This document shows, piece by piece, positions 1 through 8,745 of a DNA stretch of 64,000 nucleotides. The stretch spans positions 1 to 64,000 of the forward strand of contig CAWAHW010000002.1 of assembly GCA_963781885.1 (NCBI GenBank), in the 5' to 3' direction. Position 1 is the stretch's first letter. Each line of letters starts with the position of its first letter. The position numbers and the translations under genes are program-made. This DNA comes from an uncultured Spirochaetota bacterium. GTDB lineage: Bacteria > Spirochaetota > Spirochaetia > SZUA-6 > Fen-1364. The notes beneath the pieces were generated by a model. That model had not been told where the DNA came from and did not search any database. It worked only from the letters and a program-made list of their open reading frames with translations.

Positions 1-1
1 G

Positions 2-286
2 CGCGGCGGCGTGCAGATCCTCAGCAACGTCATCGACCCCGACAAGGGGGACGTGACGACGCTGGACTACACCACCGCCACCGCGGGACCCGTCCGCATC
101 CTCGTCTTCGATCTGGCCGGGACCATCGTCAACAACCTGAAGCCACCCGACGAGACCCCCGGGGACCATGCCGTCACGTGGAACGGCACCAACAGCAGCG
201 GCGCAAAGGTTGCGCGCGGGATCTATTTCATTCGGATCGTCGCGCCGGGACTCGACGAGATCCGCAAGGTGCTCGTGGTGAGGTAG
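2..286 (+). CDS. C-terminal part of a FlgD Ig-like domain protein (5'-truncated by the window)
   Basis: The translation '...VRILVFDLAGTIVNNL...GDHAVTWNGTNSSGAKVARGIYFIRI...KVLVVR' matches the FlgD_ig pattern (W-x-G...G-x-Y-F). The frame is open to the window edge. Confidence 0.75.
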   Translation, partial: RGGVQILSNVIDPDKGDVTTLDYTTATAGPVRILVFDLAGTIVNNLKPPDETPGDHAVTWNGTNSSGAKVARGIYFIRIVAPGLDEIRKVLVVR

Positions 287-295
287 GCGCCGCAA

Positions 296-317
296 GGGGC
301 CCCCGCGAGGGGGCCCC
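296..317 (+). terminator. GC hairpin after the FlgD-Ig gene (possible terminator)
   Basis: Perfect 9-bp stem GGGGCCCCC-GCGA-GGGGGCCCC with a GNRA loop, 9 nt after the stop codon. There is no strong U-tract. Confidence 0.45.
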
Positions 318-374
318 GTCTGCGCGCGCCGCGGACCCTTTGCGGGCCTGAATCCATCGGATATAGTCACGCCC

Positions 375-1338
375 GTGAACGCGCTGACGAGCACTCTCTT
401 CCGCTTTTTCCGTTCCGTGAGGCTTGCCGTCGTCCTCATCCTCGTGATCATCGTGCTGTCCATGCTCGCCACTCTCGTGCCGCAGGGCATGCCTGATGAG
501 ATGTACCGGGCGCGCTATTCACCGGCCATCTACGCCGTGATCGGTGCCCTCGGTTACCAGAGATTCTTCAGCTCGGCGCTCTTTCTCTTTCCCGTCCTTC
601 TGTTCACCATCAATCTCGGCGTGTGCGCCGCGGACAGGTTCGTCACCCGCGCGCGGACGCACGCGAAGCGCCGCTACGGCCCCGACCTTGTTCACATCGG
701 GCTGCTCGTCCTCATCGCGGGCGGGATCGTGACGGCGCTGGGTCAGTCACCAGGCGGCGTTGTCTCTGGTCGACGGGCAGGAGGCGCGCCTGGGCAGCGG
801 TGAGATCGTGCACCTGATCTCCTTCCAGTTTTTCAAATATGACAACGGCATGCCGAAGGAGTGGGTCTCCACCGTCCGCGTGACACGGGACGGCAAGGAG
901 GAAGTCGCCTCCTTTCCCATCAGGGTGAATCACCCGCTCAGGCTGTCGGGGACGACTCTCTACCAATCGGCGTGGAACGTGACGGGAACGCTCACGCTCG
1001 CGGATGCGGAAGGCCGGGAGGCAAGCCCGCAGCCCGGCGACTACTTCGAGCAGGAAGGCGCCCGGTGGGTTTTCTCGAGCTTCGAGCAGGCGGGCGACGC
1101 GTGGGCGGTCAGATTCAGCCAGTACCGGGGGACGGAGCCATCACCCGCTGAAACACGCCTCCTGCGGGTCGGGCAATCCGTCGGACCGTTCACCGTCAAG
1201 GCCATCAGCGCGCAGCAATCAACGGTCTTGAAAGCGGTGAGCGATCCCGGACGCGCGCCTTTTCTCGCGGCCCTGGTACTGCTCCTGGCGGGCCTCGGCC
1301 TGACGTTCTTTCAGAAAAGGGGAGACACCGCGACATGA
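375..1338 (+). CDS. resB: Cytochrome c biogenesis protein ResB/CcsB (system II), split by a +1 frameshift near 760
   Basis: The N-part has 'RSVRLAVVLIL..LSMLATLVPQ' and 'DLVHIGLLVLIAGG'. The C-part has 'PKEWVSTV..IRVNHPLRLSGTTLYQS..DPG'. Both are ResB motifs, and the gene lies directly upstream of ccsA. Confidence 0.8.
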
Positions 1339-2123
1339 TGGCGACACTCGCGCTCCTGTCCATCGCGCTTGCCGCGGTGCTGCAGGCCGGCTTCCTTCTG
1401 CGCCGGGAGAACAGGCGGGACCCCGTCTCCCACTGGCTGCTTGCCGCGGCGGCGGCACTGCTTGTCGCCACGTTGGTGGACCGGAGCATCCGCATCAGCT
1501 TCGTAGCCGTGACGGACACCTACGAATCGCTCGTCTTCTTCTCCGCCTGCATCTGCGTCGTGCTTTTCGCGCTGCGCATGGCGCCGAAGACGCGCGGCCT
1601 TTCGCCATTCGTGTTGTTCGGCGCCACGATCGTGAGTCTGGCGCTTCTTGCCGTCTCCTCGTCGCCGCTTGCGCCGCGCGACATCTCGCCGCCGATACCG
1701 GCGCTCCGGTCGTTCTGGCTCGTCCTGCACGTCACTTTCTCCTTCATCGGGGAGGCGTTTTTCGTCGTGAGCTTCGTCGCCGCCATCGTGCAGCTTGCGT
1801 CGGTCAAGGAGGAGAAGCGCACGGAGATGGACAGGCTGGTGGCCACCGCGATCGGAATCGGCTACCCCGTCTTCACGGCGGGCGCCCTGGTCTTCGGGGC
1901 GATCTGGGCGGAGACGGCGTGGGGCGCGTGGTGGAGCTGGGATCCCAAGGAGACCTGGGCGCTCATCACGTGGCTCGTCTATACCGCGTACCTGCACACG
2001 CGCCTGGTGAAGCGCCTGCGGGGAACCACGTCGGCGGTCCTTGCGATCGTCGGATTCGCGGCGACCGTCTTCACGTTCTTCGGTGTGAACTTCCTGTTGT
2101 CCGGCTTGCACAGCTACGGTTGA
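1335..2123 (+). CDS. ccsA: Cytochrome c biogenesis protein CcsA/ResC
   Basis: WWD domain 'GAIWAETAWGAWWSWDPKETWALITW', 'LRSFWLVLHV' and C-terminal 'SGLHSYG'. Confidence 0.93.
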   Translation: MMATLALLSIALAAVLQAGFLLRRENRRDPVSHWLLAAAAALLVATLVDRSIRISFVAVTDTYESLVFFSACICVVLFALRMAPKTRGLSPFVLFGATIVSLALLAVSSSPLAPRDISPPIPALRSFWLVLHVTFSFIGEAFFVVSFVAAIVQLASVKEEKRTEMDRLVATAIGIGYPVFTAGALVFGAIWAETAWGAWWSWDPKETWALITWLVYTAYLHTRLVKRLRGTTSAVLAIVGFAATVFTFFGVNFLLSGLHSYG

Positions 2124-2132
2124 GAGAGAAAC

Positions 2133-3074
2133 ATGAGTGAGTTCGATTCCTGGCCCCACACCACCCTTGCCGCCGGCGATCTGCGCCTCGTCGTGCTGCT
2201 TCCCGATCCGCTGCAGGGCTACTACCGCGGTCCGCGCTTCGACTGGGCCGGCACCGTTGCCCTGGCGGAATGGGGAAGGCACAGCTTCTTCGGGAGCTGG
2301 CGGCTGCCCCCGCACCGGCCGCGCGTGAATGACGATGCGGCAGGCACGGCCGGGGAGTTCGGCATGGGGTCGGCGTCAGACGGCCCTCCTCCGATCGGCT
2401 ATGCGGACGCCCCCGTGGGCGGGACATTCCTCAAGATCGGCGTCGGGCAGGTGGTGAAGATCGACGAGCCCGCGTACCGTTTTGAGGCGCTCTATCGCAT
2501 CGCACGCCCTGCCGCGTGGGACATCCGGCAGGACGGGCAGAGCATCAGCTTCGCGCAGGAGGAGGGCCCGGTTCGGGGCCATGCATTCCGCTATACAAAG
2601 ACCGTGGAGATCGGGCCCTCGTCGTCGACCTTCATCGTGCGGCACGTGCTGGAAAACACCGGGGCGCATCGGCTGACCCAGGCCCACTATTGCCACAACT
2701 TCATCCGCATCGATGAGGCTCCCGTCGGTCCCGGCTCCTGCATCGAGCTGCCATTCGCTGCCCGGCTTTCGACCTCCGACGACGGCGTGCTGGAGGCGCG
2801 CGGTAAAAGAATCGAGCTCACCCGCGACCCGCGCGCGGACGAGGAATTCTTTGCCGTTGTGAACGGCTACGACGGGACTGCGGAGCATAACGCGGTGATC
2901 GTGCGGGGAAAGGCCGCGGCATTGAGAATCACGGGCAGCGACCCGCTGTGCAGGCTCCAGGTCTGGGGCACGCCCCGGACGCTTTGCCCCGAGCCGTTCA
3001 TCGCCATCGATCTGGCGCCCGGCTCAACGCACGCCTGGACGATCCGCTACGACTTCACGGAAGGCGGCGCCTGA
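2133..3074 (+). CDS. Hypothetical protein, galactose-mutarotase/aldose-epimerase-like fold
   Basis: 313-aa ORF with 'YYRGPRFDWAG', 'HYCHNF' and 'LCPEPFI...PG...W.IRY'. The last resembles the C-terminus of mutarotase-like folds. Confidence 0.55.
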   Translation: MSEFDSWPHTTLAAGDLRLVVLLPDPLQGYYRGPRFDWAGTVALAEWGRHSFFGSWRLPPHRPRVNDDAAGTAGEFGMGSASDGPPPIGYADAPVGGTFLKIGVGQVVKIDEPAYRFEALYRIARPAAWDIRQDGQSISFAQEEGPVRGHAFRYTKTVEIGPSSSTFIVRHVLENTGAHRLTQAHYCHNFIRIDEAPVGPGSCIELPFAARLSTSDDGVLEARGKRIELTRDPRADEEFFAVVNGYDGTAEHNAVIVRGKAAALRITGSDPLCRLQVWGTPRTLCPEPFIAIDLAPGSTHAWTIRYDFTEGGA

Positions 3075-3080
3075 CCCCGT

Positions 3081-3608
3081 TCAGGCGATCCGATCCGAGG
3101 CTTCCGCGAAGAGCTTCTCCAGCAGCTCATTTGTCGGGCCGCAGGCCGCCACCACCTCGCGCGCCCAGGCGGCGTATTCCTGCTTCTTCCGCGAGCTCCA
3201 CCCTAACGGCGGGCTTTCCGTGAGTGAGCGGAGGTTCGCGATCTTGTCGGCAATCTTCAGCATGCGCGCCCGAGCGGACTTGCCGGGCGCTGTTTCCACC
3301 TGGCGCCTCTTGCGCTCCTCCCGCGGCAGCCCCTTGTCGTCGGTCACGGCGGCCACGAGCGATGCCACGTCGTCCCCGAAGGCGTCCAGGAGCTCGGCGC
3401 GCGTCGTGCCCGTGTCCTCCAGCGTGTCGTGGAGGAGGCCCGCCATGACAAGGGCGGGATCGGCGCCGTCCGTGGCCTCGGCCAGCAGGAGCGCGACCTC
3501 GGTGAGGTGGTTGATGTACGGTTCCGCCTTCAGGCCCTTGCGGCGCTGCGTGGCGTGCCGGCGCGCCGCGAAATCAAGGGCGCGCGCCACGCCCAGTATG
3601 CCGGGCAT
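3081..3608 (-). CDS. Mesh1-like stand-alone HD-domain (p)ppGpp/NADPH hydrolase (small alarmone hydrolase family)
   Basis: 'ALDFAARRHATQRRKG..EPYINHLTEVA..GLLHDTLEDT..VTDDK..KIADKIANLRSL'. The start ATG at 3608 lies 5 nt after the upstream stop. Confidence 0.88.
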   Translation of the reverse strand: MPGILGVARALDFAARRHATQRRKGLKAEPYINHLTEVALLLAEATDGADPALVMAGLLHDTLEDTGTTRAELLDAFGDDVASLVAAVTDDKGLPREERKRRQVETAPGKSARARMLKIADKIANLRSLTESPPLGWSSRKKQEYAAWAREVVAACGPTNELLEKLFAEASDRIA

Positions 3609-3613
3609 GCCGC

Positions 3614-6265
3614 TCAGGCGAGCACCTTGCGGAAGCGGCGGTTCTCCAGGAGCGTGTGGTCGATCACCCAATCCTTGAGGAACTCCACCATGTTGTGCAG
3701 CGCGTCCACGGGTGCCGTCTCCAGGTAGCGCGCAAGACCCTCCACCTTGCGGAGGAACTCGGCGTGCTCGTGGAGGGCGGCCTCGTAGGCGGGGTCGGTG
3801 TGGCGGGCCGCAAGCGTCTCTTCGTAGCGCAGGTGGGACTTTGCGAAGGTGGTGAGCTTCTGCACCCTCTCCATGCGGTCGTCGCCGGGGCTGCGGCCTT
3901 CCGCCACCGCGGACAGCGTGTCGATCATGTCGAAGAGGAGACGGTGCTGGTCGTCGATCTCGGGGATGCTCACGCCGTAGGAGTCGTGCCAGACGAAGCG
4001 CAGCTCGGCCCGGAAGCTCTTGAGACGCCGCTCGAAGGTCTCCATGAGCTTCCACTGCACGACCGGAATGTCCTCGATGGCCTCCGCGGGAATGGCGTAC
4101 AGCGTCGAGTCCAGGAGGGCGCGCGCCTCGAAGAGGTGCTGGATCGTCTCGGTCTCCTTGCCGGGCGGCGCCTGCCTGCCGAAGCGCTGGGTCCACCCGG
4201 TGGGAAGCTCCCGCGCGCCGCGCATGAGCGTCTCTTCCCCGAAGAAGCCGCCCGGCTTGAGGTTTTCGATCGGACGGCCGCCAAGAAAGACGGTGACGAG
4301 CCCTTCCGCCAGGAGGAAAATCTCCGCCCGTCCCTGGGGGGACAGGACGGTGCCTTCCGCGATCTGCCGCCGGGTCATGGACTTCGCGATCCTGATCTGG
4401 AGCGGGAAGGAGACCATCTCCCCGAAGAGCCACGTGCTCTGGAGGACCTGGCGGTGCTTCTGTACCTGACGCAGCTCCTCCACGGCGCCCGCGCGGCCCA
4501 GAAAGGCGAGGTAGATCTCGCAGGGGATGCGCAGCGCGGTGACGTGGCTCAGGGCCCGGCAGGTGCGGCGCGCGCTCTCCCCACCGATGCAGTCCAGCTC
4601 GCCGATGATGGCGCCGGCCGATTCGCGGTTGTGCAGCCCCGTCTTCGAATCGATGAGCTCCACCTGGCCGCTCAGCACGAGGAAGACGTCCGTGACCGGG
4701 GAATCCGCCCTCTGCATGATGGTGTCGGGCGCGTAAGAGGCAAGCGGCGCGTTTCCCAGCGTGGCGATCTCGTGCTCGGCCACCACGGGGAAATAGTGGC
4801 GCAACGCGCGCACCCCGTCGTGCTGGAGGGAATCGATGTGGGACTGCACCAGGACGTCCTGCTGCCCGAAGGCGGCGCAGGAGCCGATCTCCTTCTGCGC
4901 GTCCGTGAGTGGCGCGGAGGTGTGGCTGAGGAAAACCTTCGCGGAGGCGTCGCCGGCAAAATCCTCGGCCCGTCCGTGGATGAGCCCGCCGCCGATGTCG
5001 ATTTTTTTCACGTTCACCGCCGAGAGCAGCCGTTTCGTGAAGGCATCGTAGAAGGACTGGGAGATGCCGTTCTTCCGCGGGTCGTCGGTCACCATCTTGC
5101 GCAGCACCTCGAAGGAGCTGATGTCGGCAAGATGCGCATACGTGCGGTAACCCTTGTCCCAGAGGGCGCGGAAGAAGAAGACCGTGGTCTCCACCGGGTG
5201 GGGCGAAAGCACCGGCAGCACCTCGAGGCCCTCGACGTCGTTCCATTCATCGATGGACAGGTCGTGCGGCTCGAAATACTGGTAGAAGGTGGCCTCGTTG
5301 CGGCCGGTGAGCGCGCCGTATTTCTTCACGACGCTCGCGCGCACGGGCGGGGTGGCAAAGTAGGGGATGCGGTGGTCGGCGCGCACCAGGGAGGTGAGAC
5401 CGGCAAAATGGTCGTCGTGGACGTGCGTGTGGAAGATGCCCGAGATCTCGTTGATGCTGATGCCGAGGGCGGTGAGGGTGTGCTGGATGCCCGGCCCGGC
5501 ATCGATCATGTAGAGCCTGCCCTGGAAGCAGACGATGCTCCCCATGCAGGGCCGCGTGACGTCCCACCCGTCGCCCTCGCCGATGTGCACGACGCTGAAA
5601 TACTCGCGGCGCAGCGACTGGAAGGAAAGCTGGTAGGTGGGGGGGTACTCCTCGGTGTCCCCGAGGTTGAGGTCCACGGTGACCGACTGGCCGCCGTAGA
5701 TGAACTCATAGCGGTTGAAGCCCCTGCGGCGGACGAAGGCGCCGCCGCGCAGCTCCACGGCCGGCGTGTCCACGACGCGCAGGTCCAGCAGGTCCTCGGT
5801 GCGGCGGATGTTGTCGAAGGCGAACCATTTCTTGATGCGCAGCATGTCGTGCGCCTGCGCCTCGGACACGCCCGCCGCCGCGATCTCCGCGAGCGAGGCA
5901 AGGCCGTAGGTTCCGCGGTAGATGTAGCTGCTCTGGCTCTTCACCTGGTCTTCCAGGCCGATGAGCATCGGTTTGCGACCGGTATTGTTCGGGTGCCCCG
6001 GCAGGATCATGCCCTGGAGATAAAGCATCTGCAGAACGGGGAACTCGGCGAGATTGGAGAAGCTTCCCTTCTGGATGGTGGTGTCCGAGAGGAGAATGGC
6101 GTTGGGCCCGGTCTGTGCCATGACCCCGTCCTTCTCCCGCTCGACGATGAGACCCATCTTCATCAGGTGCTTGACGCTGTCCGCGGGACATCCGCAGAGG
6201 ACGAAAAGGTCCGCCTCGGGTATCTCCACCCAGTAGACGCCGTTCGTCACTCGCTGTTTCTGCAT
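3614..6265 (-). CDS. Multidomain MBL-fold metallohydrolase / 2x cNMP-binding / C-terminal hemerythrin protein
   Basis: MBL motif 'FHTHVHDDHFAG', 'HPVET' and 'GGGLIHG'. cNMP-binding segments 'VFLVLSGQVE..GAIIGEL' and 'LLAEGLV..GGFFGEE'. Hemerythrin 'WHDSYGVSIPEIDDQHRLLF..HLRYEE..DWVIDHTLLEN'. Confidence 0.85.
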   Translation of the reverse strand: MQKQRVTNGVYWVEIPEADLFVLCGCPADSVKHLMKMGLIVEREKDGVMAQTGPNAILLSDTTIQKGSFSNLAEFPVLQMLYLQGMILPGHPNNTGRKPMLIGLEDQVKSQSSYIYRGTYGLASLAEIAAAGVSEAQAHDMLRIKKWFAFDNIRRTEDLLDLRVVDTPAVELRGGAFVRRRGFNRYEFIYGGQSVTVDLNLGDTEEYPPTYQLSFQSLRREYFSVVHIGEGDGWDVTRPCMGSIVCFQGRLYMIDAGPGIQHTLTALGISINEISGIFHTHVHDDHFAGLTSLVRADHRIPYFATPPVRASVVKKYGALTGRNEATFYQYFEPHDLSIDEWNDVEGLEVLPVLSPHPVETTVFFFRALWDKGYRTYAHLADISSFEVLRKMVTDDPRKNGISQSFYDAFTKRLLSAVNVKKIDIGGGLIHGRAEDFAGDASAKVFLSHTSAPLTDAQKEIGSCAAFGQQDVLVQSHIDSLQHDGVRALRHYFPVVAEHEIATLGNAPLASYAPDTIMQRADSPVTDVFLVLSGQVELIDSKTGLHNRESAGAIIGELDCIGGESARRTCRALSHVTALRIPCEIYLAFLGRAGAVEELRQVQKHRQVLQSTWLFGEMVSFPLQIRIAKSMTRRQIAEGTVLSPQGRAEIFLLAEGLVTVFLGGRPIENLKPGGFFGEETLMRGARELPTGWTQRFGRQAPPGKETETIQHLFEARALLDSTLYAIPAEAIEDIPVVQWKLMETFERRLKSFRAELRFVWHDSYGVSIPEIDDQHRLLFDMIDTLSAVAEGRSPGDDRMERVQKLTTFAKSHLRYEETLAARHTDPAYEAALHEHAEFLRKVEGLARYLETAPVDALHNMVEFLKDWVIDHTLLENRRFRKVLA

Positions 6266-6431
6266 CGAGGCCCTTTCGTCTCCCCTCTCGGTCCCGAGTC
6301 CCGGTTACGCTGACCCGACTATCTCCCCTCAATTATAGCGAAGCCGGAGCGTGATTGCAAAAAAGCATCGTTATCGCCGCCGGTGCACATCCGCGGGATT
6401 TTCTGCCGATAGTAAAGCAAACGGTTTGCCA

Positions 6432-7196
6432 ATGAACGTACGGCCGCTGCGGTGCATCACCGGTCAGGGCCCCCCGCTCCCGACCGGGCCCAACCCCTTC
6501 CTCGACGATCTTGCCCACCTGCGCGAGCATCACGGCGAAAAAATCGCCGCCGTGGACCAGGATTCCGCCTCCGTCGTGGGCGCGATCGGGGTCTACCCCG
6601 ACCGTGACGAGGGCGGGGCCTTCTTCCACCTTGCGGGCCTGGAAACGACCGCGGAGGCCCGGGACGGCGGTGTCGACAGGCTGCTCCTCGAAGAGGCCGG
6701 CCGCTACCTGGCCGAGCACAAGGCGAGCCGGCTGAAGTTCGGCACGAGCCCGCTTCTCACGGCGAATGCCGGCCTGTACGTGACGCAATTCGGCGCGCGC
6801 TACCGCTGGCGGGAGGGGCCCCGGACGCCCGAAGGCGCGCCGTGGCCGTACGTCGCCTGCGAGTGCGACTTCGACGATCCCCTGGCGCGGCCTCTGGACC
6901 TCCGCGACGACGAGGTGGAGGCCCGCAGCGTCCTGGGATGGAGCGAAGGCCGGCCGATCCACCGGACACGCGTATCGTATGCCGGACCCTTGTCGGTCCT
7001 GCTCCCCGAGATGTCGGCGGAAGGCCTTTCACGCGCAGCCGCCGATGCCGGCTTCCTCTCGGTGATCTGGGATGCGTTCCACACACTTTCCGCGCACGGG
7101 TACAGCTTTGCCTGGTTCGACCGGCTGCCGTCCCGCGGACGCCCGGCCGGCGCGCCGCTGTGCTTCTACCTCATGAAGAGGTCCATTGTCCTCTAG
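6432..7196 (+). CDS. Hypothetical protein, possibly COG3375-like GNAT acetyltransferase
   Basis: 'FHLAGLETTAEARDGGVDRLLL' resembles GNAT motif A. 'KFGTSPLLTANAGLYVTQFGA' resembles the WTFDPL..NA...KLGA motif of COG3375. Confidence 0.5.
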   Translation: MNVRPLRCITGQGPPLPTGPNPFLDDLAHLREHHGEKIAAVDQDSASVVGAIGVYPDRDEGGAFFHLAGLETTAEARDGGVDRLLLEEAGRYLAEHKASRLKFGTSPLLTANAGLYVTQFGARYRWREGPRTPEGAPWPYVACECDFDDPLARPLDLRDDEVEARSVLGWSEGRPIHRTRVSYAGPLSVLLPEMSAEGLSRAAADAGFLSVIWDAFHTLSAHGYSFAWFDRLPSRGRPAGAPLCFYLMKRSIVL

Positions 7197-7242
7197 GCCC
7201 GCCGATTGAACTTGCGGCGGCACTCGGGATACACTTGCGGGC

Positions 7243-7494
7243 ATGGATACCCCGCAGACGATTGAGCTCACGCGCAGCGAGCGCGAGCTGCTGTTAAACA
7301 TCCGCCATCTCGCTCCGGACGTCGAAAAAAAGATTGTCTCATCGCGGATCACCGGCAACAGGTTCCACATCGAGTTCACCCCCGGAGAGCTTGAAGGGCT
7401 CATCGGCGGGCTGGCCTCCGAGTCGCATGCAAGCGACGAGCGGACGATGTCCAAGGCCTACGACGAGCTGCGCGAGAAGCTGGAAAAGCTCTGA
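7243..7494 (+). CDS. Small hypothetical protein (83 aa)
   Basis: Clean ORF with typical GC3 usage, preceded by a promoter-like TTGAAC-N18-TACACT. Confidence 0.65.
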   Translation: MDTPQTIELTRSERELLLNIRHLAPDVEKKIVSSRITGNRFHIEFTPGELEGLIGGLASESHASDERTMSKAYDELREKLEKL

Positions 7495-7535
7495 TCGCGA
7501 CTGACCTCGTCCTTCTCCTGGGTCTGCTCGCGGCG

Positions 7536-8006
7536 GTGGCGGTGCTCGCTTTTGCCATCGTCACCGTCCTTCTCCTCGGCGAGCGCCGGCGCAGCCACGC
7601 GCGGATCGAGCAGCTCCTGGCCGACCAGGCCCGGGAGTTGACCGACGCGCGGCGCGACAGCCTCCAGAGGAGCAGGAGCTCCCTGAAGGGGCAGATCGCC
7701 GAGCAAATGGCGCCGCTGCTTCCCGGTTTCCGCTACCTGCCGGCGGACGCGCGCTTCATCGGCGATCCGATCGACTATCTCGTCTTCAACGGTTACACGG
7801 GCCTGCGCGACGCGGGCGCCGACGCGGCCCAGCTGGAGATCGTCTTCCTGGAGGTGAAGCAGGGAGGCTCCATGCTCTCGCCCTTCCAGAAAAGCATCGC
7901 GCGCTCCGTGGAGGAAGGCCGCGTGCGCTTCGAGCTCCTGCGCATCGCGGAGGACGGCTCCCTGGAAACCCAGGTGTGGAAGCCGCGGCCGAGGGAACGG
8001 GAGTGA
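7536..8006 (+). CDS. Membrane-anchored endonuclease related to archaeal Holliday junction resolvase (Endonuc_Holl family); the start may be CTG at 7491
   Basis: 'GQIAEQMAPLLPGFRYLPADARFIGDPIDYLVFNG..IVFLEVKQG..LS..QKSI...VEEGRVRFE' preceded by an N-terminal TM helix. Confidence 0.85.
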   Translation: MAVLAFAIVTVLLLGERRRSHARIEQLLADQARELTDARRDSLQRSRSSLKGQIAEQMAPLLPGFRYLPADARFIGDPIDYLVFNGYTGLRDAGADAAQLEIVFLEVKQGGSMLSPFQKSIARSVEEGRVRFELLRIAEDGSLETQVWKPRPRERE

Positions 8007-8734
8007 GCCGCCGGCGGGCCGGTCTCCTGCTCGCGCTCGCCGTGCTGGCCGCGCCGCCTGCCGTGCCGCAAACGGTCACGGCGTCCAACCGTCCCGGCCG
8101 CGAGATCAGCCTCCCCCCGAGCCAGGTGAAGGACACCTTCTTCGCGTACGTCCTGGGCATCATCAAGTCGGGCGTGGACGTCGACATGGACAACAAGGCG
8201 ATGCGGGACGTCCTCACGGAGTTCAAGTCCGCGCTCAACCTTCCCTTCGACCTGGTGGCGCGCGTCACCCAGCAGATGGCGGCCGGATCGGATACGCGTC
8301 TCATCGGTCTGGATTTCACGGCCGACGTCGTGATTCCCATACCCTTTTCCCTTCTGTTCTATCACCCGGGCAGCATCACATCGGACCGCAACCTCATATT
8401 CAAGGTCGTCCGCTCGACGTACGTCGATCCCGGCGCGCCGGATGCGCCTGCGCCCGTGTATGACCTCGTCCTCACGGAAGGCCGCGTGCTCGTGGACGTC
8501 GATGACTGGCTGGAGTGGCTGTTTGCCGCCTACATCGAAGACACGTGGATCCAGCACATCGTCTTTTTCACGTGGCGGGGGGACTGGATCGGCGAGCTTG
8601 CCGGAACGGGCAGGAAAACGGGACGGCAGCTCCGTGCCTTTTTCGACTTCACGAAGAACAAGATACTCTTCCCCGAACCGGCGGAGCTTTCCGGCATCGG
8701 CCGGCAGCTCGTGCCGGACGCGCCCGCGCGGTAG
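8003..8734 (+). CDS. Hypothetical exported protein
   Basis: The GTG start overlaps the upstream stop (GTGA). Signal-peptide-like N-terminus 'MSRRRAGLLLALAVLAAPPAVP'. Confidence 0.65.
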   Translation: MSRRRAGLLLALAVLAAPPAVPQTVTASNRPGREISLPPSQVKDTFFAYVLGIIKSGVDVDMDNKAMRDVLTEFKSALNLPFDLVARVTQQMAAGSDTRLIGLDFTADVVIPIPFSLLFYHPGSITSDRNLIFKVVRSTYVDPGAPDAPAPVYDLVLTEGRVLVDVDDWLEWLFAAYIEDTWIQHIVFFTWRGDWIGELAGTGRKTGRQLRAFFDFTKNKILFPEPAELSGIGRQLVPDAPAR

Positions 8735-8745
8735 CCGCCGGGCGG

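Noticed and set aside
3609-5246. Long N-terminal extension of the HD protein (721-aa ORF)
   Set aside because: It is an Arg/Gly/Pro-rich off-frame read of the upstream gene. The HD homology starts at ATG 3608.
3656-6313. 885-aa plus-strand ORF
   Set aside because: It is the antisense shadow of the MBL/hemerythrin gene. High GC3 suppresses stops on the opposite strand, and it has no motifs.
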